A stretch of DNA of 64,000 nt from Lytechinus pictus (Eukaryota): positions 25,360,001-25,424,000 of the forward strand of contig NC_087251.1 of assembly GCF_037042905.1 (NCBI RefSeq), written 5' to 3'. Positions 1-11,878 of the stretch are shown in pieces. The notes below the pieces were generated by a model. That model was not told the DNA's origin, searched no databases, and saw only the letters and a list, made by a program, of their open reading frames with translations. Position numbers and translations under genes: made by a program. Within the stretch, counting starts at the first letter, position 1. Each line of letters begins with the position of its first letter.

Positions 1-308
1 TTTAAATTATTTTTTCTTTATTAAAAATAGAGCTTAAAAAATGAAAATTTTCTTGCCATATTACTTTCCACCAATAGAGGGCGTACAAAAAAAATATGCC
101 CAAAATTCAAGTTTTTAAGCGCTCTGGTCAATACAAAAATTATTCTATGTTACTAATGAAAATTGAATTGCAACTGTATGGAAATTAATAATTTTGGTCA
201 CAAAAGTGATATTTTAATGATTTTTTAAAGTGTGTGCTCTGTACAGCATTGGCATGCCATAGTCCTACCTGTAGATTCCCCACAGGCAGGATGGTTGCAG
301 TGAACAAG

Positions 309-940
309 TGGGTATGACCAATGATACTTTCAGTGTTGAAAATGAAATACATCTTCCGTGCTTTTTTCTTCTTGCTGTGCTGGATAACCTCATGGTAACA
401 CTTAACAGGCACTCGCGCTCATGCCTAAGTAAGTTACAACATTAGCATCGAGTCACCATGGACAAAAGTTCTTCTTACTTAGGTCTTAGCTATCAATATC
501 ATACTCAAAGCAGCAGAATCGTAATCGTACCCAGGCAGCAGGGAGAATCCACACCGCGGCCGGGCAGCTTCGCGGGTGTGGGCTCTCTGCCTCTGGGTTA
601 GCAACCAAGCGGCACGGAAAGCATCGAACCATCATCTTCTCCGTTGTTCTCCCCCGATATTCGGGGCAGGGATCAGCGGTATCCGCTGCTCAGGTTGGGG
701 TGTCAGGTTTGTTAACAATAACACCATGAAAGCCGACAACCATGGCTGCCGTTGTATTATAAAAAAATATATAATTGGAACTTACCTTGGCTTTAGTTTC
801 AGTTATCCAGCAGTACAGTTGGCGTTGATGAATTTGACGTCCAAAACTAACTTCAGACGTGGTAAAATACTGTGTTTCTTGTAATATAATACTAGTCGCA
901 ATGGCAGCTTTGTTTGCCGTGTAAATGCATGCAGTACGTG
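309..940 (-). repeat. Subterminal unique segment of element X (inverted copy of 1822-2438)
   Basis: Reverse-complement match to 1822-2438 with a few short indels; mirrored ORFs 576-884/1870-2181 and 690-962/1807-2073. Confidence 0.9.
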
Positions 941-968
941 TATGGCGCGCCATCTGTTTCATAAAGGC

Positions 969-1800
969 GATAAACTCAGTTTATCGCCGAAAAACCTAGT
1001 TTATCAATCGAAAAACCTAGTTTTTCAATTGAAAAACTAAGTTTTTCGCCGATAAACTTAGTTTTTCGCCGATAAACTAAGTTTATCACTTGAAAAACTA
1101 AGTTTATCAAGAAAAACTAAGTTTATCGCCGAAAAACTTAGTTTTTCAATTGAAAAACTAGGTTTTTTTGATAAACCTAGTTTATCAATTGAAAAACTAA
1201 GTTTATCGGCGAAAAACTAAGTTTTTCACCGATAAACTAAGTTTTTCAATGAAAAACTAAGTTTTTCAATGAAAAACTAGGTTTTTCAAGTGAAAAGCAG
1301 AGTTTCTTGAAAAACTTAGTTTTTCGACTGATAAACTGAGTTTTTCTAGATAAACTGAGTTTTTCAAGTGATAAACTTAGTTTATCGGCGAAAAACTAGG
1401 TTTTTCAAGTGATAAACTTAGTTTTTCAATTCTGATAAACTAAGTTTTTCGAATCTGATAAACTGAGTTTTTCTAAGAACGCCATTTGTCCCATAAAGGC
1501 GATAAACTAGGTTTTTCAAGTGATAAACTTAGTTTTTCTAAGAACGCCATTTGTCCCATAAAGGCGATAAACTAGGTTTTTCGCCGATAAACTAGGTTTT
1601 TCAATTTCGATAAACTAAGTTTTTCAATTCGAAAAACTCAGTTTATCGAAATCGAAAAACTAAGTTTATCGAATCGAAAAACCTAGTTTATCGCCGATAA
1701 ACTTAGTTTTTCGCCGATAAACTAGGTTTTTCGATTTCGATAAACTAAGTTTTTCGAATTGAAAAACCTAGTTTATCGAAATTGAAAAACTCAGTTTATC
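969..1800. repeat. Array of 17-bp imperfect palindromes GAWAAAC-NNN-GTTTWTC with short variable spacers
   Basis: e.g. GATAAACTCAGTTTATC-gcc-GAAAAACCTAGTTTATC-aatc-GAAAAACCTAGTTTTTC. Confidence 0.9.
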
Positions 1801-2899
1801 GAATTTGTGTGCGGGCGCGCGCACGTACTGCATGCATTTACACGGCAAACAAAGCTGCCATTGCGATTATTACAAGAAACACAGTATTTTACCACTTTTA
1901 CCACGTCTGAAGTTAGTTTTGGACGTCAAATTCCTCAACGCCAACTGTACTGCTGGATAACTGAAACTAAAGCCAAGGTAAGTTCCAATTATATATTTTT
2001 TTATAATACAACGGCAGCCATGGTTGTCGGCTTTCATGGTGTTAACAATAACAAACCTGACACCCCAACCTGAGCAGCGGATACCGCTGAGCCCTGCCCC
2101 GAATATCGGGGGAGAACAACGGAGAAGATGATGGTTCGATGCTTTCCGTGCCGCTTGGTTGCTAACCCAGAGAGCCCACACCCGGGAAGCTGCCCGGCCG
2201 CGGTGTGGATTCTCCCTGCTGCCTGGGTACGATTACGATTCTGCTGCTTTGAGTATGATATTGATAGCTAAGTAAGAAGAACTTTTGTCCATGGTGACTC
2301 GATGCTAATGTTGTAACTTAGGCATGAGCGCGCGTGCCTGTTAAGTGTTACCATTGAGGTTATCCAGCACAGCAAGAAGAAAAAAGCACGGAAGATGTAT
2401 TTCATTTTCAACACTGAAAGTATCATTGATCATACCCAGGCCCGGGAGCGCCGGCATGCTTCGCGGGCCGGCGCCCAGGAGCTCACCGTGTATTTACCCA
2501 TACTCACAGGACAAGGATAGATTATGTTCACTATATCTATTAATCTAGCAAGATAAATTGTGAAAACAGAAATTATGCACTTACCACGATGGATGAAGGT
2601 CTATCGAGTGGTACATGTAGTATCCTGACATCGAGGCACGGACTGGAAGTTGGAACCTCAAAAAAACGAGAAGTTCTCCCAGGTCAGAGCTCACCGTGTA
2701 TTTACCCATACTCACGGGACAGAATACCTTGTGATACATCTCCTAATTTTTTTCAAAATTCATAACAAAATGGCTGATCGAGACTGGGGTAGCAGGAGAT
2801 AACTTTTCGTTTTTTGAGATTCCAGTCTGTACCTCGATGTCATGATACTGCCACACGATTAACCTTCATCCATATAATCATGGTAAGTGCATAATTTCT

Positions 2900-3800
2900 T
2901 GATTTACCTTGATGTTGGGCATAAAGTATAGAAGACTTATTTGCCCCTCTGCATCTTCTTAGAACTTGTCCTCAGTTATAAACGTAACAATTTCACATGC
3001 ATGTGTGGGTTTGGACGATTTGTGAAAATTCTGTGTCTGGGTCGAAGCGATTATACTTGGTTTTCCAGGCCTTCTCTAGATTTGATTTGAATGAATTTAT
3101 ACTGCTACTGTTTACGACCTCAGAAGGTAGGTCATTCCATAGGTTGATTACTCGTTGCGAGAAATCCCTTTGCCTGAGTGTTGAATGTGCTCTTTGCTTG
3201 ATTATTTTTCTAGAATGTCCTCTTGTCCGAGATTGAGTGTCAAGTTTGAAGAAATTTGTACAGTCTAAATCATCTATGCCCTGAATAATCTTAAACGTTT
3301 GGATCATATCCGCTCTATTTCTCCTATAGGATAACGTTGGTAGATTTAGTTTCTTCAGTCGTTCCATGTAGCTCAAGTTCTTCAGATGTGGAATTAGCTT
3401 GGTTGCTCTTCGTTGGATTTTTTTCCAGTTTTATGATGTCTTTCTTGAGATAGGGGTGCCATACACTACTGCAGTATTCTAAAGATGGTCGTATGATTGA
3501 CTTGTAAAGTTGAACCAGACCTCTTTCATCCAAATTTGAGAAGGTTCTCTTGATAAGTCCTAAGAGGCGGTTTGCTTTGGCACAAGCTTTGATCACATGT
3601 TTAGAAAATTGCAAATTGTTATCAAAGGTTACTCCCAGGTCATTTTCCTCTGTCACTTTTGGAATTTCAGAAGTGTCATCTGGTACTAGTAGGTAGCTCA
3701 TACCTGGATTATTTCTTCCAATAGACATTACTTTGCATTTCTTCTTGTTGAAAGTTAACTGCCAGTCTCCTGCCCACGACGAAAGGTTGAACAAATCATC
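2900..3800 (-). mobile_element. 5'-truncated CR1-clade LINE (RT C-terminal region and 3' end), frameshifted
   Basis: WQLTFNKKKCKVM, ENDLGVTFD, LYKSIIRPSLEYCSSVWHPY, then a shifted frame with RLKKLNLPTLSYRRNRADMIQTFKI, RTRGH, FSQRVINLWNDLP; frameshift in the T-run at ~3418-3424. Confidence 0.85.
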
Positions 3801-4220
3801 TTGTTTTCACAATTTTCTTTCCAAGTTATTGAGACCACAATCTATCCTAGTCCCATGTCTATGTTTAAATGCACTTTGGACTCCTGGGCTCTGGCCTGCT
3901 TCAGGCCAGCAGGCATGTGCAGCAGGCATGATTTTAGCTGTTTCGCTGTAGTTTTTCAGGCAAATTACACCATTATGTTTCATTCCTGACTTTCTGAGTC
4001 ATGGTACTTTCCACCAAGAAAGTGAGTAAAGTATGAGATAAATAGGATCTATATATATGTAACATACAAATGTGAAAATTTGGAACGGAAAGTGCACGAG
4101 TCAAGTGAAAGTTTTAACGCATGTATTAAGTGCCCATTACAAGCGGCTAGGTTCAATGCTTGTATTTTCTGGTAGCCACTTTTGATGACAACAAAGGGCG
4201 ATGAAATGTCCAGCTCCTAC

Positions 4221-5330
4221 GTCACTCTCAATGGGACGGTTCGCCGATGAATATTCATTGGATCATGTGCATGGGTGTGTGTGTGTGTGTGTATACTATA
4301 CCGAGTGTAAATAACGAGAGTTTTCAAATGGTGAGTGTGTATAAAACAACGTAGGGATAGGAGTTTATTTAACAGAGAATGAGACAGAGTAGTATAGTGC
4401 AGAAAATAAAAGCGTACAATGAAGTTTTACAGAAGAGGAAATAATATAAATATATGGAGGACAGTGCAAGATGAGGTAAGGCAAGTACAGTGATGTTGTT
4501 TTTTCAAAAGTATTAGTAGAGGAAATAATACAAATATATTATTGAGGACAATGTAAGATGAGATAAGGCAAACTTGTGTGCAGTGAGGGTTTTTTCAAGA
4601 GGAGATAATACAAATATGGAGGACAATGTAAGATAAGATGATCAAGGGCTCAAGGCAAACTTTTGTACAGTGAGAGCTCATCTTACATTGTCCTCTACAG
4701 TCTACATCATCATTATACATTATTTGATAAAACCTCAATGTACACGTGCCTCATCTTACATTGTCCTCTACATACCGGTATTTTTTTATCATCTCCTCTT
4801 TTGAAAAAACCTCACTGTACACTTACCACAGCTCATCTTACATTGTCCTCTTTTTATCTTATCCTTATACATTCTTTGTTTAAACCTCACTGTACACTTA
4901 ATTGCCTCATCTCATCTTACATTGTCCTCTAGATATATATTTGTATTATCTCCTCCTTTGAAAAAAAAACCTCATTGCAGACTTGCCTCATCTCATGTTA
5001 CATTGTCCTCTATAATATATTTTTTCCACATGATTTCCTCTATTACTAATACTTTTGAGAAAAAAAAATCACTGTACTTGCCTCACCTCATCTTGCATTG
5101 TCTTCCATATGTATTTATATTATTTCCTCCTCTGTAAAACTTCATTGTACACTTTAATTTTGTGCACTATACTACTCATTCTCTGTAAAATAAACTCCTA
5201 CGTTGTGTTATACACACACACACCATTTGAAAACTTTCTTTGTTTTTTACACTCGGTATTGTACACACACATGTGCACACGACCACAATCTAATGAATAT
5301 TCATCGGCGAACCGTCCCATTGAGAGTGAC
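4221..5330. mobile_element. Foldback/MITE with long inverted arms and internal short tandem repeats
   Basis: GTCACTCTCAATGGGACGGTTCGCCGATGAATATTCATT at 4221 is mirrored at ~5292-5330; internal repeats CTCATCTTACATTGTCCTC. Confidence 0.75.
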
Positions 5331-5500
5331 TATTTGAATTAGTTGATATTTTTGATAGCAGATATTTTTTTAACCAAAAGTAAGGTTTTGTGAGAGAAAA
5401 GGATTTCCAAAATTAGGAAAAACAATTATTTCAGAAAAAGGATAAATTATGCACCTAGCATTAGAATGTTTTGTTTTTATATGTGGAAACTGCACAGATA

Positions 5501-5876
5501 GTGTGTGTGTGTGTATTTGAGTTTTTGTCAGACGTGTATCAATCAGATATGATTATTTACGTCTGGGACCGACCTTTAACATCACCATCCAAAAGACGTG
5601 ACCAGGGCTCGAACCTCGAACCTCTGCATCAATTTGTAACTTCCTCACATAGCTTGGATTACAGGCGCACGCCACAACGCCCAGTTAGTGTGTGTGTGTG
5701 TGTGTATTTGAGTTTTGTCAGACGTGTATCAATCAGATATGATTATTTACGTCTGGGACCGACCTTTAACGTCACCATCCGAAAGACGTGACCAGGATTC
5801 GAACCTCGAACTTCTGCATCAAATTGTAACTTCCCCACGTAGCTTGGATTACAGGCGCACGCCACAACGCCCAGTT
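5501..5876 (-). mobile_element. Two head-to-tail ~188-bp SINE copies with 7SL-like head, B-box and (CA)n tail
   Basis: Direct repeats 5501-5686 and 5688-5876; the minus strand reads CTGGGCGTTGTGGCGTGCGCCTGTAATCCAAGCTAC...GGTTCGAATCC...CACACACA. Confidence 0.7.
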
Positions 5877-6167
5877 GAAATGCAAACATTAGTCTTCTTT
5901 CAGACGTTTAGATTTGTCTTTGTCAGAGTTAAATGCAACAAATATGCATCATTTTTTAACTGCTGCAGACACCTGTTCAGACATAGAAGATTATTTTTAC
6001 CAACAATATTCAATTTATTTGTCAAGTCCATTTAATTCAGACTGTAGATATGCATTACATGTAGGTTCATGATGATATAGAAAGTTATGTAAACTACAAT
6101 TTCAGTGATATATTTATGGTCATGAAACTGAGGATGTTTTTTCCCTCTTTTTCTTTTAACCTCCTAG

Positions 6168-8048
6168 ATTGAATAAACACAGTTACATTGGTTCTTCGGA
6201 GGCCAGCTCAGTTGATTGTTGTACTTATACAATCCCAAGAGGAATTTGCCATCCGTAATAGTTCCTTTTCGTCAACAAGCCACCTGACTTAACAAAGGTA
6301 TGTTTTATAGGGGCATATGGATCATATCTGCAAATTGTGCAAGGCTACAAAAAATACACAAAATGCACAGGGGTGAACAATTCTCAGTATTGACGTTATC
6401 ATGATGAAGTTTACAGTTTTGTAGGAAATTGTCTTCATTGTTTATTTTTGTTCGTATACATTTTAGTGTTTTCTAAGTTTGTAGGAGCAGGATGGGGATG
6501 CACAACTGACATAGAATGTAATCATGATTATAATCAAAATTGAAACACTTAGTTTCTCAATATGAAAGAATAAGTCATTGAAAAAAGAAATGTATTCTAC
6601 TAAAATTGAAAAACTTAACTTGCGTTATCAAAATCTAAAAACTTGCTTTTCGATATAAAAAACACGTCTCTCATTTGTTTACTTGTTACTGTCGCAGCTT
6701 TAATGAAACTTCCATTTAAAAGTTGTAAACAACGGGTCTCCTGGAGGATACAAGCACTTGGGCTGGTACCAACCTACACCATGGACGAGAAGAGGTTTCA
6801 TATTCAACAAGATGGATTTTCCATTTCTTTCATTAAAAGAAAGAGTACCGAATTCCAATGACTTGGGCAGTCCTTTGATCGATGAGGTAATACAGCTTCA
6901 TAGATACAATAAATAATTTTTTATGCAGTTCATGCAGGTATATCAAAGTTCAACTCTTATTTTTGGTACATGTATTTCCAAATTCTTTAAAAGAAAGAAA
7001 GAACAATCGAATTGAATGAAAAATTAACTTTTTTATATATATATATATTGTATCGTATCCGAACATCTACCCCCTGGACATCCACCTCCCGGACATCCAC
7101 CCCCCGGACATCCACCCCCCGGACATCCACCCCCTTAGGACATCTACCCCCTAGGACATCTACCCCCGGACATTTACCCCCCGGACATCTACCCCCCGGA
7201 CAATTACCCCCCGGACATCTACCCCCTAGGACATCTACCCCCGGACATTTACCCCCCGGACATCTACCCCCCGGACAATTACCCCCCGGACATTTACCCC
7301 CCCGGACATCTACCCCCGGACATTTACCCCCCGGACATTTACCCCCCGGACATTTACCCCCCGGACATCTACCCCCCGGACATCTACCCCCTAGACAATT
7401 ACCCCCTGGACATTTCAATTATTTGAGTTGTAACGTCATATTCGGGCAGCATTTCTACATAAGGAATTTTTTTTTTCTATACCTTTTCTATATCAAAGGA
7501 CCAATCATTTTACACCCAAACATGAAAAGAAAACACAAAATAACAAAAATATGTCCTCTGGAACCATTAAAAAATGAAATTCATGCATTTTATATTACAT
7601 AACTTTATTTGGCAGCTGCTCGTGTGTGTGACGCCACAAATCCAAAGGCTAAGCTTAGAATTCTAATAAATTTTTTAATATTTAACAGATTTTCCTCAAA
7701 CCTTCACCAATTTTTTTGTCTCACCTGCATAGCAGACTTGTTTTGTCCAAGTGAACTTTCATGTTAAGATTGAATGAGTTGCAATTATCTTAACTTTAAT
7801 ATATTTTAAAAAATTATTTGCTTCTAAATTGAAGACAAAGTGAAGATTGAAATGGTTTGATTTGTTTCAGTAGCAAAAGAGGTGCAGACTGCAGAGCTTC
7901 AAAATATTTGATATCGCTATAATATTGTCAGTACTCTATATCATTCTTATCATTCCAACTATTTTGAGGCCGCCTGAATCGCAAACCCTGTATGGCCAGT
8001 TTTTGTTTATGACAAACAATGATGAGGGATGGCTGAAAATCCCTCCAG
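6168..8048 (+). pseudogene. Decayed intron-split Mutator/MULE-like transposase relic (exon-like blocks 6168-6297, 6698-6886, 7871/7874-8048)
   Basis: Frame-hopping translation gives KQRVSWRIQALGLVPTY (6728-6777), KMDFPFL, NYFEAA*IANPVWP (stop where W is expected, 7975) and TNNDEGW (8012-8032). These resemble MULE motifs in the expected order, and each block has AG/GT boundaries. Confidence 0.6.
7058..7413. repeat. 15-bp minisatellite (CCGGACAYYTACCCC), about 23 copies
   Basis: Direct tandem repeat; the ORFs at 6987-7418 and 7012-7602 are artefacts of it. Confidence 0.95.
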
Positions 8049-8315
8049 GTAAGTTGGGGTTTATGTAATTGACATGGTAACCAAATATGAATTTAGTAAT
8101 TTATAACAGGATGTATATTCCTGAAACAAAGTGCAATTGTTTGATAAATGTTAATTGAATTGGCCACTATTGTAATTTTAAGATTGTCCTTATTGTTAGC
8201 TTTACATAGACACCAAAAACAGAGGATATTGTTCCCAACTGGAATTATGATATTACTATGCTATTAACATATTTATCATCATAATAATGTATCTGGTAAT
8301 GTAATGCTATCTTAA

Positions 8316-8896
8316 AGGGATGGTCCGGGCTGAAAGTATGTGTTGCTTAATAAATAGAGTAGAATTCACTGAGCAAAATGCAGAAAATTTCATCAAAATC
8401 GGATAACAAATAACAAAGTTATTGAATTTTGAAGTTTAGCAATATTTTGTGAAAACAGTCGTCATGAATATTAATTAGGTGGGCTGATGATGTCACATCT
8501 CCACTTGTTATTTTGTATTTTATTATATGAAATTAGGTTTATTCAATTTTTTTTCCTCCAAGAACTAGAAAAATTGGATTGTCAACTGAATAGTGCATTA
8601 AATATTTATTGCTGCAACTTATTTCATTATAACTAAGGGAGACATTCAGACGAGTATGAAATAATGAAAAAAATATGATTTTATGTAATAACATAAGACA
8701 ACAGAAAGTGGAGATGTGACATCATCAGCCCACCTAATGAATATTCATGACAACTGTTTTCACAAAATATTGCTAAACTTTAAACTTCAATAACTTTATT
8801 ATTTGTTATCCGATTTTGATGAAATTTTCGGCATTTTGCTCAGTGAATTATACTCTATGTATTAAGATATAAATATTTTCAGCCCGGACCATCCCT
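8316..8896. mobile_element. Kolobok-like MITE
   Basis: TTAA|AGGGATGGTCCGGGCTGAAA...TTTCAGCCCGGACCATCCCT|TTAA with long inverted arms. Confidence 0.8.
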
Positions 8897-10253
8897 TTAA
8901 GTTTTGAACCAGGATTTGATTTTTGTGGGATATAATATACATGTATTTTATATACACCTCAGTTCAATATGTGTTACAATGTAACTGTACATCTGATTAA
9001 GTTTATCTTATTGTTACTTAATAAAACCACTTTACTCCAAAGAAGTATTTTGAATATTGGGTTCTTTCACTATGAAGTATTCTTTATCCCGCTTAATATT
9101 CAACCTTTAATGAGAGCTGTGGTAATGAGTTCCATGACACGCTCTGGCGACAATTGCTCCGCTGTAAATTCCACACACTATTCAGCTTCAACCCCTAAAC
9201 CTACCATGAAACCCTATTGCAACCCTGACCCTCGAAGACAGAATTAATCCTGGGGCAATTATCGCAGGAGCAAATGTTGGGTCACCTGGTAATCAGATGG
9301 AAATGATTGGAGAGATGAAGATTAAATGGGGGGGGGGGGGGTGGTGGAGATGATGAAAGGTGGGATGGCCATGATGATGAGTGATGGAGTTGAGAAGGGT
9401 GGGGACGACGAGTGGATGGAGATGATGAGAGGAGGAATGGGGATGATGCAAGGATGGATGGAGATGATGTGGGAGGGATGGAGATGATAAAGTTTAGAGA
9501 TGAGTGGGTTACAAGAGACGAGCAGGGAGATGAGGTGGATGGAAACGATGTGGAAGGGTTGACATGAGGAGAGGTTAGAGATGAGAGGAAGGATTGAGAT
9601 GAAAGCTGGAGATGTGAAAATGGTTGGAGATGAAAAGGGAGTGATCATCATCAACTTCATCAATATCATTGCCATCACCACACCATCATGATCATCGTCA
9701 CTATCATGACCATCATAATCACCATCATTATTAATATAATTAATTTCATTATCACCACCAAATAAATTATCATTGGCGTAATGAGCCAAAGATTTTGAGA
9801 GGGACAAGATATGGCAGATTGTGCCAGTATTTTTTATTTTAATTGTGAGCAAGCAAACTTTTCTATATTTTTATTACGTAATTTTACGTTTTGATAGATT
9901 CTGACATAATACTGAAAATCTTCTCTCTTTTCTTTCTCTTATTATTTATGTTTTGTATTTTATTATCATTTTTTTTGGGGGGGAGGGGGGGGGCTCTTTC
10001 CCCCAAGACCTCACCCCCACCATCATCACCAATTTCATCATCACTATCATCAAAATACCCGTCAACACCACTGGCTTCATCATCACCATCATCGACACCA
10101 TTACTATCACTATCCTCATCATCACCACCCACCTCATCACCATCACCAGTCTATAATTATCATCTTCACCCACATCATTATCCTCATCACCACATCTTGA
10201 TCATCATCTTCACGATTATTTCATCTGTGATTTCATACATAGAAACTACAGTA

Positions 10254-11878
10254 GGGCAATTCCACAGGTTGATGGACATGAGCTTAAAAATTCAAATTCA
10301 ATATTTTCTTGAATTTTTTAATACTTTAAGTCCTTCATACATGATAGTTTCAGGAACAAAAAATAAAAAGTTTATTTTCATATCTATACTTTGGAAAAAA
10401 ATGGTCAAAAGTTGTGTCTTCCATTCTGTACCAAACTACAAGAAAAATAGTGAAAAATGAAATATGCCTCATTACCATTTTGTTATTGCAACAACATACC
10501 ACTTTATATATTTCTGAAGTTTAGAAGAGTCAAATTACCTAAAATACACAACAGCTTTTCAAGTAAATTTGTAGTACTCATTCAAAAAATGAATATTGCA
10601 ACCTGGTCAGGTGATGTAACGTGAGTAACCGAAAAAACTGACTTTGTTTTCTGAGAAAAAAATTCTTCACAGTTAATTGGTGGGATTCTAAATTCTCTTC
10701 CTTCAAACAATCTTTGACACAGTGATGACTATCAAAATCATTAAAAAGTACAATTTTTTATAAAAATTATGAAGAAAAACTGTAACGTGAGTAACCATCA
10801 TGTAATGTGAGTAACCAGTAAAAATTATGCAGTTAGGTAACATTTTCTGTGGGATGTCAAGTTTTAAGTCTCATGGTGAGTTGTGAAGTTATTTTTGATT
10901 ATTTAAAAGCAAAATGAGGGTACACCTCTTTGATGTGACTCTTTGTTCATCAAAATATCAGTGGTCATACAATCACACAAAAAATTGAATATTAGTAGAA
11001 GTATTCACAATGCGAGAGTGCATTAGTAAGACTTGGTTTCGATTAACCAAACTTTAAAGAGTGTTCGAACAACACATTGAATGTCCTTACATGTAACCCT
11101 ATCTAGGCTGGGGTATTTTGGGAGTTAATATGGCCCGGGGGGGGGGGGGGGGTGGGTGGGGCCTCCCAGGCCCCCCTTGAGATCTTGGCCATTGGCTGCA
11201 CGATCACGCCAAAAATTTGCACGCAGGTTGTCTTGGACATAATCTACAATACTATACAGTAATTTATTTCATGCAAATCGGTATTAAGCAATTATGCTAA
11301 TTTATGCATAATTAGTAAGCAAAATCATATTTTTCCCTCTTACTTCCTAATAAAGCTCCAATTGTTCCAATTTTTTTGTATAAAATCTCTTTTTGATGTT
11401 CCTAGTAATGAATTTTACACACATTGAATTTTTAATGACATTTTTGTTGTTAACTATACATGGACAAAATGTAACGTGAGTAACCGTAACGTGTGTAACC
11501 ATATAATCTGCACCCCAAGTAAAAACCATGTGTTCTTTATTTTTTTAATTATATACAAAGTTTGTCTCCCTGATATACTTCTTTGAAATGGATATAATCA
11601 ACTTTCATAAAAGCCTTGTATGAGGAGACTTTTCACTTATGTTGACTTTTCATTTTATGCATGTCCAAATCATGTAACGTGAGTAACCGACACATTCCAA
11701 AGATTTGCCAGGAGCATAATAAAATTTCCCAAGTTTTGTTTTTGTACAAAGGATAGTCAGACTGTGTACTTTGTTGTGATAAGGAGATGTTTAGTTCCTA
11801 TCAATAATAATGGAGTTACAGCTCCAAGTATGAGTCAAGGTGTCTCCAAATGTAACGTGAGTAACCGTGGAATAGCCC
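10254..11878. mobile_element. Non-autonomous DNA transposon, Sola2-like
   Basis: GGGCAATTCCAC...GTGGAATAGCCC, 4-bp TSD AGTA, repeated internal TGTAACGTGAGTAACC. Confidence 0.65.

Noticed and set aside
969..1800. CRISPR-like array of palindromic repeats with variable spacers
   Set aside because: Eukaryotic context, spacers only a few bp long and recurrent, no cas genes; explained as element termini.
576..2181. Mirrored ~100-aa ORF pairs as genes
   Set aside because: They are products of the inverted duplication, mostly with non-ATG starts and no recognisable domains.
5501..5876. Human Alu contamination or a true SRP RNA gene
   Set aside because: Similarity covers only ~45 nt; the rest is a non-Alu, non-SRP body with a CA tail, duplicated in tandem.
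6987..7602. Gly/Pro/Cys-repeat proteins
   Set aside because: Translations of a 15-bp minisatellite.
7874..8048. Open frame with a transmembrane-like stretch (IFDIAIILSVLYIILIIPTIL)
   Set aside because: Probably fortuitous in AT-rich DNA. The MULE motifs are split across frames and the neighbouring blocks are not open.
9322..10460. Low-complexity ORFs
   Set aside because: Degenerate GAT/CAT repeats and MITE sequence.
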